Shown here one piece after another: positions 43,281 through 56,927 of a DNA stretch of 64,000 bases. How positions within the stretch are numbered: position 1 is the first letter of the stretch; each line of letters starts with the position of its first letter. Source of the stretch: Eledone cirrhosa (lineage: Eukaryota); contig OZ024766.1 in NCBI GenBank assembly GCA_964016885.1, forward strand, positions 5,456,001 through 5,520,000. Direction: 5' to 3'. A model generated the notes under the pieces. The model did not search any database and was not told the DNA's origin. It worked only from the letters and a program-made list of their open reading frames with translations. The position numbers and the translations under genes were made by a program.

Positions 43281-45056
43281 GAAGTTATGTTCCAAACACC
43301 AACAGTGTCTTTCATTAGGAATATGGCAATGAAAGGGTTAAAGTGTTTATATTTATCGAAAAACCTTCCATCATAATTTTATGTAAGAACCTTTGTTAAG
43401 TTATGTTCCAAACACCAACAGTGTCTTTCACTAGAAATATGGTAATGAAAGGGTTAAAGTGTTTATATTTATCTAAAAACTTCCACCATAATTTTATGTA
43501 AGAACCTTTGTTAAGTTATCTTCCAGACACCCCTAGATCTATGATATAAAACTGTTTGTTTTAAAGTGTTTATATTTATCTAAAAACCTTCCATCATAAT
43601 TCTATGTAAGAACCTTTGTTAAGTTATGTGCCAAACACCAACAGTGTCTTTCACTAGAAATATGGTAGCGAAGGGTTTAAAGTGTTTATACTTATCTAAA
43701 AACCTTCCATTGTAATTTCATATAAGAACCTTTGTTAAGTTATGTTCCGAACACCAGTATAATAATGAGAAAGTTAGTTACTAAACTATAGACATTGTCT
43801 TTCATTAGAAAGGGTTAATTTCACAAGAGAAATTAGGTTGAACTTTCATCAGTCAGAAATTTTGACATTTTAAATGGTTCACATACGAAAAATTTGTCAA
43901 TGTGAAATATTTTAGTTTTCATGGTTAACCCTTTCGCTATCATATTTCTAATGAAAGACACTGTCTATGTTTTAGAAATATAACTGACTTTCTCATTATT
44001 AAACTGGTGTTTGGAACATAACTTAACAAAGGTTCTGACATAGAATTATGATGGAAAGTTTTTAGATAAATATAAAAACTTTAAAACAAACAGTTTTATA
44101 TCATAGATCTAGGGGTGTCTGGAAGATAACTTAACAAAGGTTCTTACATAAAATTATGATGGAAAGTTTTTAGATAAATATAAACACTTTAACCCTTTCG
44201 TTACCATATTTCTAGGGAAAAACACTGTTGGTGTTTGGAACATAACTTAACAAAGGTTCTTACATAGAATTATGATGGAAGGTTTTTAGATAAATATAAA
44301 CACTTTAAAACAAACAGTTTTATATCATAGATCTAGGGGTGTCTGGAAGATAACTTAACAAAGGTTCTTAGATAAAATTATGATGGAAAGTTTTTAGATA
44401 AATATAAACACTTTAACCCTTTCGTTACCATATTTCTAGTGAAAGACACTGTTGGTGTTTGGAACATAACTTAACAAAGGTTCTTACATAAAATTATGAT
44501 AGAAGAGTTTTAGATAAATATAAACACTTTAACCCTTTCGTTACCATATTTCTAGTGAAAGACACTGTTGGTGTTTGGAACATAACTTAACAAAGGTTCT
44601 TACATAAAATTATGATAGAAGAGTTTTAGATAAATATAAACACTTTAACCCTTTCGTTACCATATTTCTAGTGAAAGACACTGTTGGTGTTTGGAACATA
44701 ACTTAACAAAAGTTCTTACATAAAATTATGATAGAAGAGTTTTAGATAAATATAAACACTTTAACCCTTTCGTTACCATATTTCTAGTGAAAGACACTGT
44801 TGGTGTTTGGAACATAACTTAACAAAGGTTCTTACATAAAATTATGATAGAAGAGTTTTAGATAAATATAAACACTTTAACCCTTTCGTTACCATATTTC
44901 TAGTGAAAGACACTGTTGGTGTTTGGAACATAACTTAACAAAAGTTCTTACATAAAATTATGATAGAAGAGTTTTAGATAAATATAAACACTTTAAAACA
45001 AACAGTTTTGTATCATAGAACCAGGGGTGTCTGGAACATAACTTAACAAAGGTTCT
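43281..45056. repeat. Two oppositely oriented arrays (43281-43818 and 43925-45056; 116-bp and related units) of a dispersed repeat with TTAACCCTT ends
   Basis: Left block is the reverse complement of right-block units; gtgaaagacac recurs at 44439, 44555, 44671. Confidence 0.85.
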
Positions 45057-45135
45057 CCCCCTTATTACATGTGGCTACTAATACACTCATGTTTCTTTTT
45101 TTTCTTTTCCTCTCTTTTATTTGCTGATTGTCCTG

Positions 45136-45848
45136 CTACCACCACCACTGGTACTACTACTACTACTACTACTACTGCTACTGTTACTACTACTACTACT
45201 GTTACTACTACTACTGTCATTGCCACCACCACCACCATCACCACCACTACCACTACTACACCACCATTACCACCACCACCACACCACTACTACCACCACC
45301 ACCACTACCACCACCGCCACTACAACATCACCACCACCACTACCACCACTACCACCACCGCCAATACCACACCACCACCACCACTACCACCGCCACTACA
45401 ACACCACCACCATCACAACCACCACCACCACTACCACAACTACACCACCACTACCGCCACTCCCACCACCACTACCGCCACTCCACCACCACCACCACCG
45501 CTACACCACTCCCCCACCACCACTACCACACCACCACCACCACTACCACCACCACCACCACCACCACCACCACTACACCACTACCGCCACCACCACCACC
45601 ACTACACCACTACCGCCACCACCACCACCACCACTACACCACTCCCCCACCACCACCACCACTACACCACTACCGCCACTCCCACCACCACCACCACCAC
45701 TCCACCACCACCACCACTCCACCACCACCGCTACACCACTCCCCCACCACCACTACCACACCACCACTACCACCACCACCACCACTCCCCCACCACCACC
45801 ACTACACCACTACCGCCACCGCCACCACCACCACCACCACCACCACAA
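45136..45848. repeat. (ACC/ACT)n trinucleotide expansion upstream of the TGF-beta ATG
   Basis: Direct observation. Confidence 0.95.
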
Positions 45849-45880
45849 CAGACACCAGACCCGCCAACGCTGTGTTTAAT

Positions 45881-47222
45881 ATGTATAAAAATATTATCGC
45901 GTTTATCGTAATCTGTGTTTTCCTCTCGCTGTGTCAAGACTCCTCCCCCTCGGACCCCACCACCACCGCCGCCTCCAGCCCCTCCTCCTCTGGTCAAGTC
46001 AGCCCTGGACCTAAGTTTGGCTTCTTGACAACTGTCCATAGCAACAGACCACGGCGACAGCAACGACAGCAACAAACACCACCACCACCACCACCATCAT
46101 CAGTGCCACCACCACCACCACCACCACCATCATCATTACCACCACCACCACCACCATCATCATTACCACCACCACCACCACCATCATCATTACCACCAGC
46201 ACCACCACCATCATCATTACCACCACCACCACCACCATCATCATTACCACCAGCACCACCACCACCACCATCATCATTACCACCACCACCACCACCATCA
46301 TCATTACCACCACCACCACCATCATCACCACCATCATCATCATCACAGCAACAACAAAAGCCACCACCACCACCACCACCACCACCACAACCAACACAAC
46401 AACAACAACAACTGCATCAGGAAATGCATCACCTTTACCGTCGCCATGCCTACCATCAACGCACAGATGTACGACAACAACAACAACAACAACAACGCCG
46501 CCAACAACAACAACAACGCCGCCGCCAACAACAACAACAACAACAACGACGACGACAACAACAGCAACAACAACGACAACAGCAACAACAACAACAAAAT
46601 AAGAAGGAGAGGCAAAAACTGTCTCGAATTCACTTAAAACAACAACAACAACAACAACAGCAACAACAGCAGCAACAACAACAACCTATCCCCGCCTTCG
46701 ACCTACTCACTTATCTGCACCATCACCACCATCATCATCATCATCACCACCACCAATCCGATGACCACCACCACCAACAACAACAACTGCAAAGCGACCA
46801 GCATTATGACAAGCTCCATCACCATCAGCACCATGGACATCATCATCACGATCGTCAACAACAACAACAACCACTACAATATGAACAAAGTTTTCAACAG
46901 CAACATTATAAAGATCAGCCAAACCCGCCAAAACAGCAAAATCAACTGAAACAACCACCACAACAGCAATCACCATCATCACCATCATCACCACCATCGC
47001 CACCATTACAACAGCACGATGGTCGTCATCGACATCGTCACGGCAACAAGGATGAAACCACCAACGAGGGGGAAATACCTGTGTATATATTAGAACTGTT
47101 TGAGTTTGTCAAAAAAATCGAGGAATCCATATTTGAGGATTACAATCCCTGGGAGAGCCATGCCAACACAGTTACCACGAAAACCGTTCGACCCCTAATT
47201 CGGGGGCTATTATCAAAAAGCC
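45881..47222 (+). CDS. TGF-beta superfamily precursor, coding exon 1: signal peptide (MYKNIIAFIVICVFLSLCQ), polyP/polyQ/polyH region, prodomain helix (IPVYILELFE...NTV)
   Basis: Open frame from ATG 45881; hydrophobic leader; P.Y.LEL.. and NTV resemble TGF-beta propeptide motifs; donor c|gtaagt, phase 1. Confidence 0.75.
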
Positions 47223-47267
47223 GTAAGTTGATATAAACCTTTATTCACTTCTTTTCACCTTGTTTCG

Positions 47268-48102
47268 TTTCAGGTGTGTAAATATAAATTTCAGGTGTGT
47301 ATAATATAAATTTCAGGTGTGTATAATATAAATTTCGGGTGGTATATTATAAATTTCAGGTGTGTAAATATAAATTTCAGGTGTGTAAATATAAATTTCA
47401 GGTGTGTAAATATAAATTTCAGGTATGTATAATATAAATTTCAGGTGTGTAAATATAAATTTCAGGTGTGTAAATATAAATTTCAGGTGTGTATAATATA
47501 AATTTCAGGTGTGTAAATATAAATTTCAGGTGTGTAAATATAAATTTCAGGTGTGTAAATATAAATTTCATATACCAACCCATTGAAACAAGGTCTGGGT
47601 CTATGAATCAAAACCATCTACAATATATACCTGGGTATTTAGTACCCTAGATTAGCTCTACAATGTGTACCTGGGTATTTAGCCCCCTAGGCTAGCTTTA
47701 AAATGTATACCTAGGTATTTAACACTTTAGGTTAGCTCTACAGTGTATATCTGGGTATTTAACACACTAGACAAGCTCTACAATGTGTAACTAGGTATTT
47801 AACACCCTAGGCTAGCTCTACAGTGTATACCTGGGTATTTAACACTTGAGGTTAGCTCTACAATGTATATTTGGGTATTTAACACCCTAGGCTAGCTCTA
47901 GAATGTATACCTGGGTATTTAGCACCCTAGGCTAGCTTTAAAATGTGTACCTGGGTATTTAACACTTTAGGTTAGGTCTACAGTGTGTACCTGGGTATTT
48001 AACACCCTAAACTAGCTCTACAATATGTACCTGGGTACTTAACACCCTAAACGAGCTCTACAATATATACCTGGGTATTTAATGCCCTATACTAGCTCTA
48101 CA
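47268..48102. repeat. 21-bp (47268-47570) and 40-bp (47617-48102) minisatellites
   Basis: Units caggtgtgtaaatataaattt and tacaatgtgtacctgggtatttaacaccctaggctagctc. Confidence 0.9.
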
Positions 48103-48323
48103 GCCCTATCCAGTAATGCCCCTTGTCTGATGTCTGATATCTGACCCCCATAAGGCTGTCTAGATATCCTTAAAGGTAACAGACCGACTGTACACGATGT
48201 AGTTTTTCACACAGGAGCTGTATGGTAGCCATTTTGAAAGTGACAGATTTTATTGTAAATATTTGCAGCTCTTTGACAGGCTAAGCATCCATCTTTAGAC
48301 TGACAACTGATACTAACTTAGTT

Positions 48324-48410
<87 letters not shown>

Positions 48411-48489
48411 GTATATATTTATATATATATATATATACATACACACACATATATATATATATGTATATATACATTATACACATTCAAAC

Positions 48490-48520
<31 letters not shown>

Positions 48521-48538
48521 TATATATGTATATATATA

Positions 48539-48569
<31 letters not shown>

Positions 48570-48658
48570 GTTTGAATGTGTATAATGTATATATACATAT
48601 ATATATATATGTGTGTGTATGTATATATATATATATATAAATATATACATATATATAC

Positions 48659-48699
<41 letters not shown>

Positions 48700-48708
48700 G
48701 TATATATA

Positions 48709-48762
<54 letters not shown>

Positions 48763-48860
48763 ATATATATATACACATATATATATATATATGTCAGTTT
48801 TTGTGAGCTGTTGTTTTTAACGGTTCCTATAAACAAACATAATTTGTATTTGTGAGTATA

Positions 48861-48949
<89 letters not shown>

Positions 48950-49183
48950 ATATATATGTATGTGTATGTATGCAGAACAACAAGGTCATTTAGTGTAAAC
49001 CTCCAAGTAGAGCAGTCCTTATTGAAAAGAAAATATTTACAAATTTAAAGAAATTTCTAAACACACACAACATATATATATATGATTGTGTGTGTATAGC
49101 TGCTGAAATGGCCAGAGCTCAGCTGTTGGGGTCCTGACTCTTTTCCTATTACCCACTCTACTACTCTAAGTATTGAGTACTCT

Positions 49184-49579
49184 GGAGGCACATGGCTGAG
49201 TGGTTAGAGCATTGGCCTTGCAATCGAAAGGTTGTGAGTTCAATTCTCAGACCGGGTGATGTGTTGTGTCCTTGAGCAAGACACTTTATTTCACATTGCT
49301 CCAGTTTACTCAGCTGTAGAAATGAGATGATAGGGACTGGGGTCCCTATCATTCCACTGCAAAGTGGTCGTGGAGGTGCCACGGCAAAAAAGCACCCAGC
49401 ACTCACTGTAAAGTTGTCGTGGAGGTGCCACGGCAAAAAAGCACCCAGCACTCACTGTAAATTAGGTTGGTGTTAGGAAGGGCATCCAGCTGTAGAAATC
49501 AAGCCAGAATCGGTTCCCGTCCCACCCTTGCAAGCAGGGAAAAAGCGGACGTAAAATGAAATGATGATGATGATGATGA
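49184..49579 (+). mobile_element. SINE family 1, full length
   Basis: Identity to the other copies. Confidence 0.85.
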
Positions 49580-49694
49580 TATATATATGTAGGAGGTGAG
49601 TTTTATTGTAGCACAATAAAACAATGCAAATGATATGTTGATTTAAAACTTCACTATTCACAACTGTTTTTTTAAGCTTCATATCATGTATCCC

Positions 49695-49765
49695 TATTTT
49701 ATCTGATGAAAACGCAGATATCATCCCATGATGATATTTGTTTTTGAAATGCGCATAATAAAATA
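49695..49765 (+). ncRNA. Type I hammerhead ribozyme motif, family A (second copy)
   Basis: Near-identical to 29699-29769 with intact CTGATGA, GAAA, tgcgca and TA. Confidence 0.8.
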
Positions 49766-49795
49766 CTTGGAACTCTTTTAACCATCTTTTGATCT

Positions 49796-49850
<55 letters not shown>

Positions 49851-49853
<3 letters not shown>

Positions 49854-50183
49854 TCATCATTTTACGTCCGCTTTTTCCCTGCTTGCAAGGGTGGGACGGG
49901 AACTGATTCTGGCTTGATTTCTACAGCTGGATGCCCTTCCTAACACCAACCTCATTTACAGTGAGTGCTGGGTACTTTTTTGCCGTGGCACCTCCACGAC
50001 CACTTTGCAGTGGAATGATAGGGATCCTAGTCCCTATCATCTCATTTCTACAGCTGAGTAAACTGGAGCAATGTGAAATAAAGTGTCTTGCTCAAGGAAA
50101 CAACACATCACCCGGTCTGAGAATTGAACTCACAACCTTTCGATTGCAAGCCCAATGCTCTAACCACTAAGCCATGTGCCTCC
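49851..50183 (-). mobile_element. SINE family 1, full length, directly downstream of tRNA-Pro
   Basis: Identity to the other copies. Confidence 0.85.
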
Positions 50184-50199
50184 ATAAAAATTAAGGCAT

Positions 50200-50271
50200 G
50201 GGCTCGTCCGGGATTTGAACCCGGGACCTCTCGCACCCAAAGCGAGAATCATACCCCTAGACCAACGAGCC
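50200..50271 (-). tRNA. tRNA-Pro (anticodon UGG), intronless
   Basis: Reverse complement GGCTCGTTGGTCTAGGGGTATGATTCTCGCTTTGGGTGCGAGAGGTCCCGGGTTCAAATCCCGGACGAGCCC is the canonical metazoan tRNA-Pro; T5 Pol III terminator at 50190-50186. Confidence 0.97.
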
Positions 50272-50474
50272 AACCATATATATATACCATATATATATAC
50301 CATATATAACGAAGGAAATGTGGTAAGGAACCAGGTGGACCATATATATATATATATATATAGTAATAATAATAAATTTGAAGACTAAAATACAAAGAGG
50401 GCTCGATAAGGATAAATATATATCAAATATATAATCAAGGGGGAGAGCTCAGTGATATAAACCTCTTCAAGTCA

Positions 50475-52190
50475 GAGGAAGGGTCCATAGAAGTGGTTGA
50501 TAGCTTCTGTTATCTAGCTGACTTAATTATCAGCAGTGGAGGAGGGTGCTCTGGGAGAATAATAGATAGAATAAGGATAGAAAGGAAGAAGTTTAGGGAG
50601 CTGCTCCCACTGTTGACAACAAAAGGTTTCTCCCTGTGTACAAAAGAACGACTACATGAGGTCTGTGTGAAGTGAGATGCTACATGGTAGTGAAATATGG
50701 GCTGTGACTGCAAGGGACATGTGGTGCTACATGGTAGTGAAACATGGGCTGTGACTGCAGGGGACATGTAGTGCTATATGGTAGTGAAACATGGGCTGTG
50801 ACTGCAGAGGACATGTGGTACTAGATGGTAGTGAAACATGGGCAGTGACTGTGGAGGACATGTGGGGCTACATGGTAGTGAAACATGGGCAGTGACTGTG
50901 GAAGACATGTGGTGCTACATGGCAGTGAAACATGGGCTGTGACTGCAGAGGCCAAGTGGTGCTACATGGTAGTGAAACATGGGCTGTGACTGCAAGGGAC
51001 ATGTGGTGCTACATGGCAGTGAAACATGGGCTGTGACTGCAGAGGCCAAGTGGTGCTACATGGTAGTGAAACATGGGCTGTGACTGCAGAGGATATGTGG
51101 TGCTACATGGCAGTGAAACATGGGCTGTGACTGCAGAGGCCAAGTGGTGCTACATGGTAGTGAAACATGGGCTGTGACTGCAAGGGACATGTGGTGCTAC
51201 ATGGCAGTGAAACATGGGCTGTGACTGCAGAGGCCAAGTGGTGCTACATGGTAGTGAAACATGGGCTGTGACTGCAAGGGACATGTGGTGCTACATGGCA
51301 GTGAAACATGGGCTGTGACTGCAGAGGCCAAGTGGTGCTACATGGTAGTGAAACATGGGCTGTGACTGCAAGGGACATGTGGTGCTACATGGCAGTGAAA
51401 CATGGGCTGTGACTGCAGAGGCCAAGTGGTGCTACATGGTAGTGAAACATGGGCTGTGACTGCAAGGGACATGTGGTGCTACATGGCAGTGAAACATGGG
51501 CTGTGACTGCAGAGGCCAAGTGGTGCTACATGGTAGTGAAACATGGGCTGTGACTGCAGAGGACATGTGGTGCTACATGGTAGTGAAACATGGGCTGTGA
51601 CTGCAGAGGACATGTGGTGCTAGATGGTAGTGAAACATGGGCAGTGACTGTGGAGGACATGTGGGGCTACATGGTAGTGAAACATGGGCAGTGACTGTGG
51701 AGGACATGTGGTGCTACATGGTAGTGAAACATGGGCTGTGACTGCAGAGGACATGTGGTGCTAGATGGTAGTGAAACATGGGCTGTGACTGCAGAGGACA
51801 TGTGGTGCTAGATGGTAGTGAAACATGGGCTGTGACTGCAGAGGACATGTGGTGCTACATGGGCTATGACTGCAGAGGACATGTGGTGCTACATGGTGGT
51901 GAAACATGGGCTGTGACTGCAAGGGACATGTGGTGCTACATGGTAGTGAAACATGGGCTGTGACTGCAGAGGACATGTGGTGCTACATGGTAGTGAAACA
52001 TGGGCTGTGACTGGGAGAAGCTGGGTTTAAGAGGAACCCGAGGTGGTGTGGAGGAGAGAAGACTGCTCTGGTATGGACATGTGAAGTGTATGGATGATGA
52101 TTGCTGGATGAAGAAATGTCAGGAGATCCCAGTGGAGGGAAGCTGCAGTAGAGGACGACCAAGAAAGACCTGGGCAGAAGTGGTGTGATG
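50475..52190 (+). mobile_element. RTE LINE fragment interrupted by a 47-bp satellite (~28 copies) derived from its LHGSETWAVTAED segment
   Basis: VDSFCYL...KKFRELLP before and LLWYGHVK..GRPRKTW after the array at ~50677-52012. Confidence 0.85.
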
Positions 52191-52258
52191 GTGTACTGAA
52201 AAGGACCCTCCAAGCCATGAAAGCATTTTTATTCTGTCATTTATACTAGTCAATGTAT

Positions 52259-52463
52259 CTAACCCTTTTATTACCATATTTCTAATGAAAGACACTACCT
52301 ATGCCATTAACCCTTCCATTACCATATTTCTAATGAAAGACACTGTCTATGTCATTAACCCTTCCATTACCATATTTCTAATGAAAGACACTGTCTATGT
52401 CGTTAACCCTTTCATTACCATATTTCTAATGAAAGACACTGTCTATGTCGTTAACCCTTTCAT
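52259..52463. repeat. 48-bp tandem (~4 copies) of the TTAACCCTT-terminal segment
   Basis: ttaacccttccattaccatatttctaatgaaagacactgtctatgtc. Confidence 0.85.
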
Positions 52464-52467
52464 TAAA

Positions 52468-52800
52468 AAACATGGGCAGAGGTGGTGAGAGTGAAACTGT
52501 GTATAAGAGGGATAAACTGTAGTGTGCGGGAGAGAAGACTGCATTGGTATGGGCATGTGATGTGCATGGAGGTTGACCGATGGGTGAAGAAGTGCCAGGA
52601 AATGCCAGTTGAAGGATGACGCGGTAGAGGAAGACCAGGAAAAACATGGGCAGAGGTGGTGAGAGTTGACCTCAGATTGCTGAAGCTCACGGAGGAGATG
52701 ACGAGGGACTGTGTCAAGTGGAGAGATGCTGTGCTGAATAAGACCCGTCCCACCCTTGCAAGCAGGGAAAAGTGGATGTAAAATGAGGATGATGATGATA
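52468..52800 (+). mobile_element. RTE LINE 3' end with (GAT)n tail
   Basis: WYGH..GRPGKTW..KWRDAVL; tail shared with SINE family 1. Confidence 0.85.
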
Positions 52801-52824
52801 TATATATATATATATATATATGAT

Positions 52825-53179
52825 GGAGGAACATGGCTTACTTAGTGGTTAGAGCATTGGGCTTGCAATCGAAAGATTGTGAGTTCAATTCTCAGACCGG
52901 GTGATGTGTTGTTTCCTTGAGCAAGACACTTTATTTCACATTGCTCCAGTTTACTCAGCTGTAGAAATGAGATGATAGGGACTGGGGTCCCTATCATTCC
53001 ACTATAAAGTGGTCGTGGAGGTGCCACGGCAAAAAAAAAAAAAGCACCCAGCACTCACTGTAAATGAGGTTGGTGTTAGGAAGGGCATCCAGCTGTAGAA
53101 ATCAAGCCAGAATCAGTTCCCGTCCCACCCTTGCAAGCAGGGAAATAGCGGACGTAAAATGATGATGATGATGATGATG

Positions 53180-53180
<1 letters not shown>
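52825..53180 (+). mobile_element. SINE family 1, full length
   Basis: Identity to the other copies. Confidence 0.85.
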
Positions 53181-53221
<41 letters not shown>

Positions 53222-53474
53222 ATAGATGTATATAAACATGGTGTACATTAACCCTGACATGCATCATATAGGTAAATAGTCGTAGATGTGTTAGAATCAC
53301 CTACTAACATTTCAGTATACCCAATCCTTTCACCCCCACCACAGATCACTCCCCCCTGTGATGTTGAAATTTTGTCATTTTTATCATAGAGAATATGGTG
53401 GGGTATGGGTTGACGGTGTTTTTGTATGTACATACTATACATCATTTGACATATATATATATATACATATATAT

Positions 53475-53516
<42 letters not shown>

Positions 53517-53522
53517 ATATAT

Positions 53523-53574
<52 letters not shown>

Positions 53575-53620
53575 ATATATATATATATATACATGTATAT
53601 ATATATACATGTATATATAT

Positions 53621-53700
<80 letters not shown>

Positions 53701-53729
53701 ATATATATACATGTATATATATATACATG

Positions 53730-53761
<32 letters not shown>

Positions 53762-53787
53762 CATGTATAAATATATATATATACATG

Positions 53788-53825
<38 letters not shown>

Positions 53826-53827
53826 CA

Positions 53828-53876
<49 letters not shown>

Positions 53877-53899
53877 GAATAAATATATATATATACATG

Positions 53900-53950
<51 letters not shown>

Positions 53951-54114
53951 GAATATATATATACACATATATGTATATATATAAATATATGTACATATAT
54001 ATATATATATATACATGAATAAATATATATATACACATATATGTATATATATAAATATATGTACATATATATACGTATATAAATATATATATATACACAT
54101 ATATATATACACAC

Positions 54115-54145
<31 letters not shown>

Positions 54146-54289
54146 TATATATATACACATATATATATATACACATATATATATATATACACATATATAT
54201 ACATATATATATATATATACGTACATACATATATGTGTATATATGTATGTAAATATATATGTATAAACATATATACATTTTATATATAT

Positions 54290-54329
<40 letters not shown>

Positions 54330-54474
54330 ATGATGATGATATATATACACATACACATGTTAGTTGTCAGAGAGGACATTCACCTCAAAAACATGTGCAT
54401 AAAAAAGTCTTGGTCACCTGACATATCTTGTTAAAGAATGTGACAACTACTTATAGAAATTGTAATTATGGTGA

Positions 54475-54517
<43 letters not shown>

Positions 54518-54743
54518 TATATATATATATATATAGTATTAAGGGTACTATTTATGGTTATGTATGCAATAAAACCTTTAATGGTAATATATTATATATA
54601 CACAAACCCTAAATAGTGAGAGATAGTCATTAATTACTATCTTATTACCAGTAAGATAAATAGCTCAATGTAATAACATCAGTTGTTTTACAGAGCAGTT
54701 ATATAGAGATTACAGTAATCAAAGTTCAGTTTAAGTCATTTAT

Positions 54744-54792
54744 TTGCTTACAATTGTTTCCTCCAAACCGAGGTTTGGATTCTTCGGAGCAA
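54744..54792 (-). ncRNA. Hammerhead-like motif, family E (core variant CCGAAGA)
   Basis: Reverse complement ttgct-CCGAAGA-a tccaaac ctcg gtttgga g-GAAA-caattg-TA^-agcaa; palindromic stem III. Confidence 0.6.
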
Positions 54793-55031
54793 CTATTTAT
54801 AACATACTTGACCTCCTTTTCAACCCAAGAGACACATAAAACATATGCGCATATTGATCAACAGTGGGGTGACATTCATCAAATGATATAGCATGGCAAT
54901 TTACATATAAAGGTTACAGGATAAAAATAAAATAAAAACAAGAGTGAAAATATAGTAATAATAATAAATTTGAAGACTAAAATCCAAAGAGGGCACAATA
55001 AGGATAAATATATATCAAATATATATATATC

Positions 55032-55086
55032 AAATTTTCAGAAGATCCCGTTAAGGGTGAAAGCAGCGATTCTTTGCTTAAACTTT
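55032..55086 (+). ncRNA. Hammerhead-like motif, family F (second copy)
   Basis: Same CAGAAGA core and stems as 20782; broken relatives at ~10996-11045 and ~39512-39560. Confidence 0.5.
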
Positions 55087-55650
55087 AATCTGTTATTTTA
55101 ATAAATATATATATACATATATATATGTATGGATGTATGTATACATGAGGTCGTGTAGGTGTCACGACAAAAAAACACACAGTCTACGCTGTAATGTGGC
55201 CGTGTAGGTAACACGGTAAAAACCTCCCAGTCCACACTGTAAACGTGGTTGGTGTTAGGAAGGGCATCCAGCCGTAGAAAACCCACCAGACGTGTAGGTG
55301 TCACGACAAAAAAACACACAGTCCACACTGTAATGTGGCCGTGTAGGTAACACGGTAAAAACCTCCCAGTTCCACACTAAACGTGGTTGGTGTTAGGAAG
55401 GGCATCCAGCTGTAGAAAACCCGCCAGACAGTCCTATACGAGCAAGACAACCACTCTTACCTCAAGTGGGAAAACTCCCGTCCAAACCCATGCAAGCATG
55501 GAATATGGACGTTAAACGATGATGATGTTGATGATATATATATATGTATGGATGTATGTATACATATATATATATACATATATATATATCATCATCGTTT
55601 AACGTCTATCTTCCACGCTAGCATGGGTTAGATATATGTATATATGTGTA

Positions 55651-56481
55651 GAGAAACTGTGTTTGAGAGGGATAAACTGTAGTGTGTGGGAGAGAAGACT
55701 GAGATGGTATGGACATGTGATGTGCATGGAGGATGACTGCTGGGTAAAGAAGTACCAAGAAATCCCAGTGGAATGAAGACGCAGTAGAGGAAGACCACGA
55801 AAAACATGGGCGAAGGTGGTGAGAGAGAGAAACTGTGTATAAGAGGGATAAGCTGTAGTGTGGGGGAGAGAAGACTGAGATGGTATGGACATGTGATGTA
55901 CATGGAGGATGACTGCTGGGTAAAGAAGTACCAAGAAATCCCAGTGGAATGAAGACGCAGTAGAGGAAGACCACAAAAAACATGGGCGAAGGTGGTGAGA
56001 GAGAGAAACTGTGTATAAGAGGGATAAGCTGTAGTGTGGGGGAGAGAAGACTGAGATGGTATGGACATGTGATGTACATGGAGGATGACTGCTGGGTAAA
56101 GAAGTACCAAGAAATCCCAGTGGAATGAAGACGCAGTAGAGGAAGGCCACGAAAAACATGGGCGAAGGTGGTGAGAGAGAGAAACTGTGTATAAGAGGGA
56201 TAAGCTGTAGTGTGGGGGAGAGAAGACTGAGATGGTATGGACATTTGATGTACATGGAGGATGACCGCTGGGTAAAGAAGTGCCAAGAAATCCCAGTGGA
56301 GGGAAGACGCAGTCGAGGAAGACCACGAAAAAGATGGGCGGAGGTGGTGAGAACAGACCTCAGATCGCTGAAGCTCACGGAGGAGATGACGAAGGACCGT
56401 GACAAGTGGAGAGAGAGATGCTGTGCTGAATAGGACCCGTCCCACCCTTGCAAGCAGGGAAAAGCTGACGTAAAATGATGA

Positions 56482-56484
<3 letters not shown>
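55651..56484 (+). mobile_element. RTE LINE 3' end with a 176-bp segment in four tandem copies
   Basis: gagaaactgtgt recurs at 55651, 55827, 56003, 56179; RRLRWYGH..GRPRK.W. Confidence 0.85.
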
Positions 56485-56517
<33 letters not shown>

Positions 56518-56660
56518 TCATCATTTCATTTTACATCCGCTTTTTCCCTGCTTGCAAGGGTGGGACGGGAACTGCACTGCATCACCCAGGTATTAATGTT
56601 GCCACAGAACATGTATATATAATTTCAACTTACCTATTTTTTCTTCTATTTCTCAACTAG

Positions 56661-56828
56661 GTGGCCATCATCGGAAGCTGTTGGAGTTTACATTTACAAA
56701 CCAATACACCTCATTTTTGTCGGTCACATCCAGCTCAGAATTGGTCTTAAACATTAAACAGAGGTCACATAGTGCATGTCATTACCCAGATATAAGGGTT
56801 CGGACACCCCATGCGCTGCTTCAACCTA
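56661..56828 (+). CDS. TGF-beta superfamily precursor, coding exon 2 (GHHRKLLEFTFTNQYTSFLSVTSSSELVLNIKQ...LLQP)
   Basis: Polypyrimidine + ctag acceptor, a|gtaagt donor; phase 1/1 joins exons 1 and 3 in frame; L.F...S.EL.L pattern resembles the prodomain arm. Confidence 0.75.
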
Positions 56829-56927
56829 GTAAGTATGGAGGTGAGAGAGGGTGGGGGGGGGGGGGGGCATGTTTCTTTTTAGGGAGTTTAAAAGAAAAAG
56901 AAAATGTGTGTCTATCCTTATTTTCAT

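Noticed and set aside
45128-45880. N-terminal extension of the 702-aa ORF
   Set aside because: Non-ATG start within a trinucleotide repeat; ATG 45881 is followed directly by a signal peptide
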